Positions 17,005-24,388 of a DNA stretch of 64,000 nucleotides are shown here, piece by piece. The DNA comes from a virus, in the IMG/VR virus record IMGVR_UViG_3300017917_000616, positions 1-64,000 of that record; one strand, written 5' to 3'. Both the position numbers and the translations under genes were made by a program. The notes under the pieces were generated by a model. That model had not been told where the DNA came from. It saw nothing but the letters and a program-made list of their open reading frames with translations, and did not search any database. The first letter of the stretch is position 1; every line of letters begins with the position of its first letter.

Positions 17005-17370
17005 TTATTTCTTTTGTGCCCTACAATTGGGGCATATCAACATTAGATTATCTTCGCTTGTATTATAACTATCATTGTCTTTGTAAATAACATCTAATGG
17101 TACTTGTGTATCCATCCAAACTTTAGTATCGCATACTTCACACGCATGACCTCGTTGACCAATCAGATAATTTTTTATCCAATCAGGTATCTTGCTCCAT
17201 GCTTGTGGACTTTTCGATTCCTTCCATTCTTGTACTTTTTCAAAAGCCTTGTGTCTACGCTGATACTCTTGCTGACAACTATTATTACAATATTTGTTTG
17301 TGTAGGAATGACCTTTGATAGTATTATTCTTTCCACAATTCAAACAAGTAAAACAACCTAAATATGACAT
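17005..17370 (-). CDS. HNH-fold zinc-binding protein with degenerate catalytic residues
   Basis: CLNCG..KYCNNSC, CEVC, and LDVIYKDND..N...NLMLICPNCR where the canonical pattern is DH.DG...N...NL..LC.NCH. Confidence 0.75.
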   Translation of the reverse strand: MSYLGCFTCLNCGKNNTIKGHSYTNKYCNNSCQQEYQRRHKAFEKVQEWKESKSPQAWSKIPDWIKNYLIGQRGHACEVCDTKVWMDTQVPLDVIYKDNDSYNTSEDNLMLICPNCRAQKK

Positions 17371-17385
17371 TTTCCTCTTTCAATA

Positions 17386-17430
17386 TAGAGCACTATTGTA
17401 GAGCACTATATACTTTTACTTAGTGGTCTA
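17386..17430. repeat. Operator-like repeats: TAGAGCACTAT x2 direct plus an inverted near-copy
   Basis: Direct copies at 17386-17396 and 17399-17409; TAGTGGTCTA at 17421-17430 is the reverse complement of TAGACCACTA. Confidence 0.55.
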
Positions 17431-17499
17431 CTAAAAAGTAAATATGCTACTATTATAGTGAATTTGCCCATACTAAGTAAAGTGATTTGGGAGAAATTT

Positions 17500-17700
17500 A
17501 TGGAATCACACACAAGGACTATTGCCCGGGCGGCAAGTTGGAGAGTTACTGCGACGGCTGTTACAGCCGTTTTTACCGGGCTAGAAGGAGCAATAATTAT
17601 TAATATTGCTATGACGGTCGTTCATTACGTACACGAACGATTATGGTTAAAGATAAAATGGGGATTAAAAAAAGAGGCTCAAATGAGCCTCTTAAATTAG
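17500..17700 (+). CDS. DUF2061-like small membrane protein
   Basis: MESH.RT.ARA.SWR..AT...HERLW.KIKWG; GGAG SD before ATG 17500. The only CDS annotated here that ends in TAG. Confidence 0.8.
   Translation: MESHTRTIARAASWRVTATAVTAVFTGLEGAIIINIAMTVVHYVHERLWLKIKWGLKKEAQMSLLN
17667..17693 (-). terminator. Terminator for the porin gene
   Basis: AAGAGGCTC-ATTT-GAGCCTC followed by T7 on the minus strand. Confidence 0.7.
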
Positions 17701-17716
17701 AAATGGCAATTTCTAA

Positions 17717-18616
17717 TTAAAAACGATGTAGTAGACCAAGGCCCACTTGTCGGATATCGCTAGATGTGTCAGGTGCGTTTACATTACGATAAACAACCTG
17801 TGCTACGGTACGCTTGCTAAAGTTATAATCAACACCTACGTTATAAGCCTTAACATCGCCGGTACCGCCAGTACGAACTCCGTAAGTTGCCTTCAATACG
17901 ACAGGGTTACTTAGTTGGTAGCTACCACCGATGGACTTACCGATTCGCTCTACGTTGTTTTCCATATCTTTGCTATAAGCAGTATTGACACGGAAGTTAC
18001 CAAAACGTGCTACTGCGCCGACCGTATCAGACTTGTTGGCATTATCTAATTCGAATTTAGCGTAAGACACTCTTACGTTTTGTAGAGTTCCAGTTAAATT
18101 ATAAGAAGTTGCTTCTTGGCCAGTAGCTACTGCTTGTTTGGCATAGCTAGCACTAATATTCTGTACCGGAGTAACAGTCACAAAGGCACCATCACTAAAA
18201 CGCTTGTTCTGTGTGTGATGAATATCATCAAAAATAGAACCATACATTACGCCAAATGCGTCAGTGCTAGCATGAGAGTTGAATAGTGGATGTGTATTAC
18301 GACCCATATCAACACTACCGAATTTATTGCTCAACCCAATAGTTGATTGACGATCACCTAGTTGAGTGTTGCGACTAGTAGGATCATCAGGTGCTAGACG
18401 GGTATCAATTACTACGTTAGCCTTCAATCCAGAACCCAAATCTTCTTGGGCAGTGAATTTAATATGGCTAGTAGGTTCGCTAGTAAAAGCAGTTGCCGTT
18501 GTCGAACCAGTTTTAGTGTTATCATAGTATTGACCGATTCTACCGGAAATAGCAACTTGGGCGCTAGCTGTAAATGCTGTAGCCAATAGTAGTGCTGTCA
18601 GTGTAATTTTTTTCAT
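17717..18616 (-). CDS. Gram-negative porin (betaproteobacterial OmpC/Porin_4-like)
   Basis: Signal peptide ending ASAQ, F...EDLG.GLKA, R.S.IGL...FGSV.MGR, YNFSKRT, terminal GLLHRF. Confidence 0.9.
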   Translation of the reverse strand: MKKITLTALLLATAFTASAQVAISGRIGQYYDNTKTGSTTATAFTSEPTSHIKFTAQEDLGSGLKANVVIDTRLAPDDPTSRNTQLGDRQSTIGLSNKFGSVDMGRNTHPLFNSHASTDAFGVMYGSIFDDIHHTQNKRFSDGAFVTVTPVQNISASYAKQAVATGQEATSYNLTGTLQNVRVSYAKFELDNANKSDTVGAVARFGNFRVNTAYSKDMENNVERIGKSIGGSYQLSNPVVLKATYGVRTGGTGDVKAYNVGVDYNFSKRTVAQVVYRNVNAPDTSSDIRQVGLGLLHRF

Positions 18617-18672
18617 TTAGTTTCCTTTATAGTAAAAAAAATATTTATCCTGATATTTTGATCGGGATATTT

Positions 18673-18978
18673 TTATTCAGAGTCAATGGGCTTTGACCCA
18701 TTGCTATGTTTGTCGTTGATTTTATCCAAATCTTGGTATATGCGTTTTTCTTGAGCAGTTAATTTATCTTTGTGTATATGTCTAGGATTACCACAAAGTC
18801 CGCATTTTGGATTGCCGCAATCCATAGCATGATGTTTTGCGTGACGATGAGGTTGTTTTATAGCTTCATCGTTGAATTGTAGACCGTGTTGTTTTGCGAT
18901 TCTAACTTGCCTTGCGATTGCTACATCTGTCTTATGGCGGCGGCGTGAATTAATAAATTTTGCGGTATCATTACTCAT
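18673..18978 (-). CDS. Basic hypothetical protein with HH..DCGNPKCGLCGNPR metal-binding motif
   Basis: Intact ORF with its own promoter. Confidence 0.72.
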   Translation of the reverse strand: MSNDTAKFINSRRRHKTDVAIARQVRIAKQHGLQFNDEAIKQPHRHAKHHAMDCGNPKCGLCGNPRHIHKDKLTAQEKRIYQDLDKINDKHSNGSKPIDSE

Positions 18979-18984
18979 ATGTTT

Positions 18985-19013
18985 ATAGTATAAAAATATT
19001 CATTCTTTGTCAA
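18985..19013 (-). promoter_or_regulatory. sigma70 promoter TTGACA-N17-TACTAT; leaderless
   Basis: -35 at 19013-19008, -10 at 18990-18985, ATG 6 nt later at 18978. Confidence 0.75.
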
Positions 19014-19015
19014 TA

Positions 19016-20158
19016 TCACAATTTCCCAATAATGTGAGTGTTTATAAAAGGTTTAACGTCATCGGTATAATCTTTATTATTTTTGAAAAACATTGTGGGG
19101 TTGACTGATTCCATTGATTGTAGCCAATTACTTTTCCAAGCCTGAAAAAACATTTCTTCGTTATAATTGCTAAAAAAATAATGATATGAATGATTTATCA
19201 AAATACCCTGTTTGTTGGTTTGGTGCTTAGAGAAATCCCATTTAGGGTAAATTATTGACTTCACAACTTGGTCAAAACTTTTAGACCTAACCATCCATGA
19301 TGATGAGTCAATTTTTTGTAGTAACATTTTTGAATGTAGAACCTTAGGATTCTTTTTTAGAAAATCCCAAACTAAATGTGCTTGCTCAGTGACAATCTCT
19401 GGCATATCAGGAGTCCAATAAAAATACTCCATACAAGATTGTTTCATTAGCGTAGCGTTATCTGTAAATAAAAATCCATATGAATCTGAATTCATATAAG
19501 GAATTACTTTATCACTTCCGATAATTACGCATACCTTTTTATATTTTTCTGATAGCTTATCAACATACTTGTTTATGTATTTGTATCTTTTATGAACATG
19601 ATAAGATACTGGCACATTTAAGTACGTCCATAAATCACTTGAATCTTCTATAGTCAAATCATTACAAGAATCTGAACAATGTATTTTTATTTCTGGATTA
19701 GAAATCCTTAATTTTTCTAGTTCTGGTTTAGCTACTAAAAAGTGTTCGCTAACCATATTTGTGTTTTCTACTGACAGATTTACTCGATACCCTGACTTTT
19801 CTACTACAGTAGCGTGATGATCTGTCCAGACTTCATCTAGCAAAATATTATTATCTATGAATGCCTTTAAGATATTGTCGCTATCTGAACCACCAGAGAA
19901 AGACAAAATAAGATAATCGTAAGTATCTCTTAATTGTTCTGCTCTTAACCTATATAGGTCTAACAGATTAGCATTGATCCTAGGCTTTTTTGCTTGGTCA
20001 CCAAATATTTTTTCTTCAAACGTCCACTCTACTTGTTCTTTTGTCCTATTTGAATAAACACAAGCATTGTACTTATGATAAAAATTCTTATTCCCTACTT
20101 TATAGTAGCCGAACTTAGTATCACATTGACCAAAATCATCTGTTTGTATTGTTGACAT
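19016..20158 (-). CDS. PP-loop (adenine nucleotide alpha-hydrolase-like) protein A
   Basis: LSFSGGSDSDNIL PP-loop, GSDK, EYFYWTPDMPEIV. Confidence 0.75.
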   Translation of the reverse strand: MSTIQTDDFGQCDTKFGYYKVGNKNFYHKYNACVYSNRTKEQVEWTFEEKIFGDQAKKPRINANLLDLYRLRAEQLRDTYDYLILSFSGGSDSDNILKAFIDNNILLDEVWTDHHATVVEKSGYRVNLSVENTNMVSEHFLVAKPELEKLRISNPEIKIHCSDSCNDLTIEDSSDLWTYLNVPVSYHVHKRYKYINKYVDKLSEKYKKVCVIIGSDKVIPYMNSDSYGFLFTDNATLMKQSCMEYFYWTPDMPEIVTEQAHLVWDFLKKNPKVLHSKMLLQKIDSSSWMVRSKSFDQVVKSIIYPKWDFSKHQTNKQGILINHSYHYFFSNYNEEMFFQAWKSNWLQSMESVNPTMFFKNNKDYTDDVKPFINTHIIGKL

Positions 20159-21041
20159 TCTTTTTACTCATCAAGTCTTGTACATTTTTCATGTGACGGT
20201 CGATAGCTAAGGCAGAAATGTCTTTGGGGTAAACTAAATTATTTTGTTTATAAAATTCAATAATCTCTTTACTTGATAGCAAGTCACTAAAAAGTTTTTG
20301 ATATCTTTGTTGTATATCTAACGGAGTAGATTTTTTCATAAAAAACCCAGTAGCTATCAAATCAATATCAGTTTTGATTGACAATTCTTTGGGTATAGGA
20401 ATGTTGGCTGTATTATTGTGCGTGGCTGCTATACCATTTAGCAAAGATCCTTGAATCTGTGTTATAGCAGTAACTGACGTTAGGTTAGCAACATCTATTG
20501 AATCTGACATTAGAGCACCAAGTGTTGGCGTATCGCCAGGGAAGGGTACTATAGTTATATTTGGAATATGCTGTAGTGACCTTTCAACAATAAACTTTTG
20601 GCTGATACTAGAAACACCCATTGTAACATGTCTTTTTTTAGTTTCTGCTAAGAATTGATCCCATGTTGTAATCTTAGATTTTTTACTAGTTACAAAAATA
20701 GTATGTATATCTGAAACATACATCATAGGAGATAAGTTTTTGTATAATTCTAAATTGGATTCGTTTTCGCTAAGTTTCAGAGCCAATGTGGTTCCAGCTA
20801 ATAACAAATGGTTACCTGTGTTGTCGTTTAAAAATTCTCTAAGGGCTATTAAACCATCTGCTCCGGGTTTATTTACTACAACAATATTAACGTTTAGTTT
20901 CTCTATCGCCTCTTTTTGAATTCTTCTAGCTAGTGTATCTGATAATCCACCGGGTGGCTGCTGTATGTACAATTTAATTGGTTCATTGGCATGACACAGA
21001 ATAGTAAATGCGAATAATAATAAAGTCAGTAATTTTTTCAT
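20136..21041 (-). CDS. Bug/TctC tripartite tricarboxylate transporter substrate-binding protein A
   Basis: Signal peptide MKKLLTLLL, PPGGLSDTLARR, VVNKPGADG, VPFPG. Start at the second ATG (21041). Confidence 0.82.
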   Translation of the reverse strand: MKKLLTLLLFAFTILCHANEPIKLYIQQPPGGLSDTLARRIQKEAIEKLNVNIVVVNKPGADGLIALREFLNDNTGNHLLLAGTTLALKLSENESNLELYKNLSPMMYVSDIHTIFVTSKKSKITTWDQFLAETKKRHVTMGVSSISQKFIVERSLQHIPNITIVPFPGDTPTLGALMSDSIDVANLTSVTAITQIQGSLLNGIAATHNNTANIPIPKELSIKTDIDLIATGFFMKKSTPLDIQQRYQKLFSDLLSSKEIIEFYKQNNLVYPKDISALAIDRHMKNVQDLMSKKNVNNTNR

Positions 21042-21058
21042 GAACATATTTATAATAG

Positions 21059-21081
21059 AAAAGGCACCGAAGTGCCTTTTT
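21059..21081 (-). terminator. Terminator with cUUCGg tetraloop downstream of the tmRNA
   Basis: AAAAAGGCAC-TTCG-GTGCCTTTT; A/T tracts on both sides, so potentially bidirectional. Confidence 0.85.
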
Positions 21082-21396
21082 CTGAGGTTCTGTTGCGAGG
21101 CCTGTCTTGCCCCAGGCTGCTTTAATTAAGCTGCCAATGCGTAAACTTCATCGTTTGCGTCTATAGTTTTGCTTGATTTACGGTCATCGCCTACCGTGCT
21201 GTCCACTCTGTTACTCTTTGCCCTGTCGAAACCATGACTGGCCCATCATAAAAGGACTACCATGAATACCACTGCTACGATTGCGAATCCCATCGCAAAT
21301 CTTGTTAAGTCATCCATTCTAATCTCCTTTATGGTGGACCAGGCGGGAGTCGAACCCGCGTCCAGAACACTTTTCTCTTTGCTTCATACAGCAATA
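21082..21396 (-). ncRNA. ssrA: Circularly permuted (two-piece) tmRNA; tag (A)ANDEVYALAA
   Basis: The acceptor piece with T-arm and ...CTGGTCCACCA ends at 21332, upstream of the 5' piece GGGCCAGTCATGGTTTCGAC starting at 21244. G3-U70 pair. Tag ORF 21158-21126. Outer ends are approximate. Confidence 0.92.
21246..21317 (-). CDS. 23-aa hydrophobic peptide in the tmRNA intervening segment (MDDLTRFAMGFAIVAVVFMVVLL)
   Basis: AAGGAG SD immediately after CCA, ATG 21317, TGA ending 1 nt before the tmRNA 5' G. Confidence 0.55.
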   Translation of the reverse strand: MDDLTRFAMGFAIVAVVFMVVLL

Positions 21397-21402
21397 ATTT
21401 AT

Positions 21403-21431
21403 AGTGTAGTTTATTTATTGTTATTTGTCAA
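21403..21431 (-). promoter_or_regulatory. sigma70 promoter TTGACA-N17-TACACT for the tmRNA
   Basis: -35 at 21431-21426, -10 at 21408-21403. Confidence 0.75.
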
Positions 21432-21830
21432 TCAGCGTTTGCCCATACGGAACAAATAGATTGGGATATCACGTTCTTTTCGTTTTAATGCGTCACTAAC
21501 TCTATGATGCCCATCTATAATATAGTACTTTCCATTCCTGTCATAGACTACAGGATACTTATCATATTCTGGGTAAAACGCTTCGCCACCGCCTGAGTTG
21601 TCTAACCAGTCTTGTGTAGCAAGTAATTGACTAGGTACTATATTGATGACCATGGGCTTGTAACCTGCATTGAGCATATCATCTACCTCAGTATGTAGTT
21701 CTGCTACATCCTTGAATTTACTAGGGTCAGTAAACTCAGCATCCCAATGTGATAGGTAATCACCCAATTTGATATTAGTAGGTACTCTTTGTAGACCGAA
21801 ATTTTCCGTAATTAAATCAGTGATACGCAT
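21432..21830 (-). CDS. ParB/sulfiredoxin-like domain protein
   Basis: L.ATQ, PVV....G.YYIIDGHHR..A. Start taken at MRITDLITE. Confidence 0.78.
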   Translation of the reverse strand: MRITDLITENFGLQRVPTNIKLGDYLSHWDAEFTDPSKFKDVAELHTEVDDMLNAGYKPMVINIVPSQLLATQDWLDNSGGGEAFYPEYDKYPVVYDRNGKYYIIDGHHRVSDALKRKERDIPIYLFRMGKR

Positions 21831-21835
21831 CTTTG

Positions 21836-22027
21836 TCAAAAATTAAATTGAAAAATCTTTGTCAAATACTCATTGCGTAATTCATCTTCTGTTTTACTTT
21901 CATAATCAGAGGATTCTAAATCATGCTGAGTATCGTATATCGTCAATGCCAAAATTAATTTGTCTTTTGGCATTGAAACTGCTTTGGCAACGGACTGTCC
22001 ATTATAATATTCAATTAATGTTTTCAT
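21836..22027 (-). CDS. Hypothetical protein (63 aa)
   Basis: Intact ORF with ATAAATA 5 nt upstream. Confidence 0.6.
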   Translation of the reverse strand: MKTLIEYYNGQSVAKAVSMPKDKLILALTIYDTQHDLESSDYESKTEDELRNEYLTKIFQFNF

Positions 22028-22031
22028 ACCC

Positions 22032-22616
22032 TTATTTATTAGCTAATGGATTATCTATAGCTTTTTGAATCTTTTGGTCAACTTCTTTCTTTAATTGTTC
22101 CACTTCACGTGAGATTTCTCTGCGGGCGTCGGCCATTTCTTTACGGATAGCGTTGACTTCTGATCTTGCCTTGTCTAAGTCCTCACGAATGTCCTTTCGG
22201 GCTTGACGCATCTCAGCTTCAGTTTCACGCTGGGCTTGCTTGACGCTACGTTCAACCTGTTCCGTGACTGATTCATTGCGACGGATATCATTCTTTAAGT
22301 CTGTTTTGATATCACGGGTATAGTCACTAGATTTTTGACTGTTTTCTTCAATGACTGCTAATCGCTTGTCAAATCCACTTAAATCAGGGGCAGTATACTC
22401 AGCAATCTTTTTCTTCATGCCCATGTAATCTTTGTATGTTTCAAAAGCTCCGTATAATGCACCCAATGTAGAACTTACGATAGTGAATGCTATCATAATT
22501 TTAGCAGGTGTGAACTCATAACCACCAATACTAATTACAGTATTGGCACTCATATATTTTTCTTTAGCTTCTTGTAATTGATCGACCTTTTCGTTAAGGT
22601 TCTTATTATCTGACAT
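22032..22616 (-). CDS. Membrane-anchored coiled-coil protein
   Basis: One TM segment (IMIAFTIVSSTLGALYGAF), heptad-rich body, ends IQKAIDNPLANK. Confidence 0.75.
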   Translation of the reverse strand: MSDNKNLNEKVDQLQEAKEKYMSANTVISIGGYEFTPAKIMIAFTIVSSTLGALYGAFETYKDYMGMKKKIAEYTAPDLSGFDKRLAVIEENSQKSSDYTRDIKTDLKNDIRRNESVTEQVERSVKQAQRETEAEMRQARKDIREDLDKARSEVNAIRKEMADARREISREVEQLKKEVDQKIQKAIDNPLANK

Positions 22617-22618
22617 TT

Positions 22619-24388
22619 TTATCTCCTATATTGTTGCTCTACCATTTCCTGGTGTAGCCTATCACTGGCACCATTTAATAAACGCTGTGCTCTGGCGTTA
22701 TCTATAACCGTTTGATTTCTATAAATTTCTTTGGGTGTATAAAACGGTCTATCTTGTAATCCATTCATATAAGAATCAAAGCCCATCGGCTGTCTAGCAA
22801 TACTAGCTATGTTTATGCCGCCGGCGATATCGTTATCTTTTACATTTTTGTTTACACTAGATGCCGGAGCAGGAGTTTCCGCTGACGGCATTGTTGGGGC
22901 AGGATTCATTGAACTATGTAATGGATTGGTCTGATTGTATACTTGTTTATTTTCACTAACCGATTCTTGATTAGTGAGTTTATTATCCTGTTCATTTCTC
23001 ATGCTAAAGTTTAATACAGAGTTTGTGCTAGCTATGCTGTTTGTTAAATTAGCAGCGTTTAATGAAGTTACAGATTCAGGGCCTCTTAATCCTAAACCAG
23101 TAGAAGATGACACATTGGTTGATGATCCTATATTCAAATTAAAAACAGAATTTTGTGTTTGTACCAATGATCCTGTTGATCCAGTGCTATTTGTTTGAGG
23201 ACCAACGCTTGCTACTACTGCTTGGGCATTCGATAATGTTTGAGTTTGTTGGGCTGCCGCCACGGCTTGTGCTTCGGAAGTTACTTTTGCTGATGCTTGA
23301 TTGGCTTGCTCTACAGCCGCTGTAGCTGTAGTCATTTCTAACCTGTTTACTCTACTCTGTTCATTTCCTACAATACTCAGTATTTGGCTGGTGCTAAGTG
23401 TAGATTTAGTAGTTGTAGTTTGACTACCGGATACTTGTACCTCTCCAACTTTGGGTTGAGGGTTTGTTGCGCTAGGTATTGCTGTCGCACTAGCTGTTGC
23501 AGTGGGGCCTGGGCCTGGAGAATTATTTGGGGGTGGGGGTGGAGGTGGTAAACTATCACCCGTACTCAGATTATTATTGTTACTTGGTGAAGGGCCAGAC
23601 AATAGCGGCGGAGATGGTGGAGGTGGTAGTAGAGTATCGGTGGTTGTCGGTGGAGGTGGTTGTAGTTTTGCCAAAGCATCTAGATAACCTGGACAAGTAG
23701 GACTAGATAGAACATCTATATAACAAGGATCAACACTATATTTTAAACTAAAATTAATATTGTAAATCTCAGGACCATATGGGCCGGCCCAGTAATTACT
23801 AGTGTCTCCCCCTATAAAACCATAACGGACATTACTTAAGTCTTTGTTAGCGTAAGGAGTATCAAACGTTTTACTAAAATTAAAAGTCGTCCAATTGAAC
23901 ACATAATTCAAATCGTAGTAGTCGTTTCTAACAACAGTATTGCCATCACTACCGTAAAACGTAACATATGCTGACAATGTATCCAGTCTTCCTCCGTCCC
24001 AACCGTTACCATTCTTAGCAGTAAAGCCAAAGTTGTAGCCATTAACTCTTAAGCCTGTACCTGAATTGGGTAATGCGGCAGCAATATTGGCAATTTGATA
24101 AACATTGGTTACCCCATAACTAAAGTTAAAACTACCTTGATTGAAATATGGTTGTGGGCCACATCCAGGATCACCGGGAGCCCAGCAAGGTAATCCTTGA
24201 TTCATCAACCCTACGTTTTGCCAAGTGCTAGTAACAGAAGTAGGACTTGTACCATTGTTTACTAGGTTTCCTGTATTATAAACTTGTGTAGGGTCTAAGG
24301 AACTTATAGTCTGAGCATTAGTGATTGAATAGCTTATAGACAACCATGCCCAACACGCTACCAATGCCCATCTTTTTATATGTGTCAT
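22619..24388 (-). CDS. Secreted 589-aa protein: beta-sandwich-like N-domain, DPC...PTCPGY motif, Pro/Ser/Thr linker
   Basis: Signal-peptide-like N terminus, G.D..YWAG.YGP motif, poly-Pro tracts, ends HQEMVEQQY. Confidence 0.72.
   Translation of the reverse strand: MTHIKRWALVACWAWLSISYSITNAQTISSLDPTQVYNTGNLVNNGTSPTSVTSTWQNVGLMNQGLPCWAPGDPGCGPQPYFNQGSFNFSYGVTNVYQIANIAAALPNSGTGLRVNGYNFGFTAKNGNGWDGGRLDTLSAYVTFYGSDGNTVVRNDYYDLNYVFNWTTFNFSKTFDTPYANKDLSNVRYGFIGGDTSNYWAGPYGPEIYNINFSLKYSVDPCYIDVLSSPTCPGYLDALAKLQPPPPTTTDTLLPPPPSPPLLSGPSPSNNNNLSTGDSLPPPPPPPNNSPGPGPTATASATAIPSATNPQPKVGEVQVSGSQTTTTKSTLSTSQILSIVGNEQSRVNRLEMTTATAAVEQANQASAKVTSEAQAVAAAQQTQTLSNAQAVVASVGPQTNSTGSTGSLVQTQNSVFNLNIGSSTNVSSSTGLGLRGPESVTSLNAANLTNSIASTNSVLNFSMRNEQDNKLTNQESVSENKQVYNQTNPLHSSMNPAPTMPSAETPAPASSVNKNVKDNDIAGGINIASIARQPMGFDSYMNGLQDRPFYTPKEIYRNQTVIDNARAQRLLNGASDRLHQEMVEQQYRR

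Noticed and set aside
17386-17430. NrdR box
   Set aside because: Half-site spacing does not fit the 16-bp NrdR palindrome and no nrd gene is adjacent. Kept only as an unassigned repeat.
18646-18669. Imperfect inverted repeat upstream of the porin
   Set aside because: The stem is mismatched with no adjacent U-tract and overlaps the TAAATA motif; too weak to call a terminator or operator.
21332-21363. Stand-alone tRNA fragment or attP-like tRNA 3' end
   Set aside because: It pairs with GGGCCAG at 21244-21238 and belongs to the permuted tmRNA. No integrase is present in the window.
21262-21459. 65-aa plus-strand ORF
   Set aside because: It is antisense to the tmRNA and its promoter, with no independent support.
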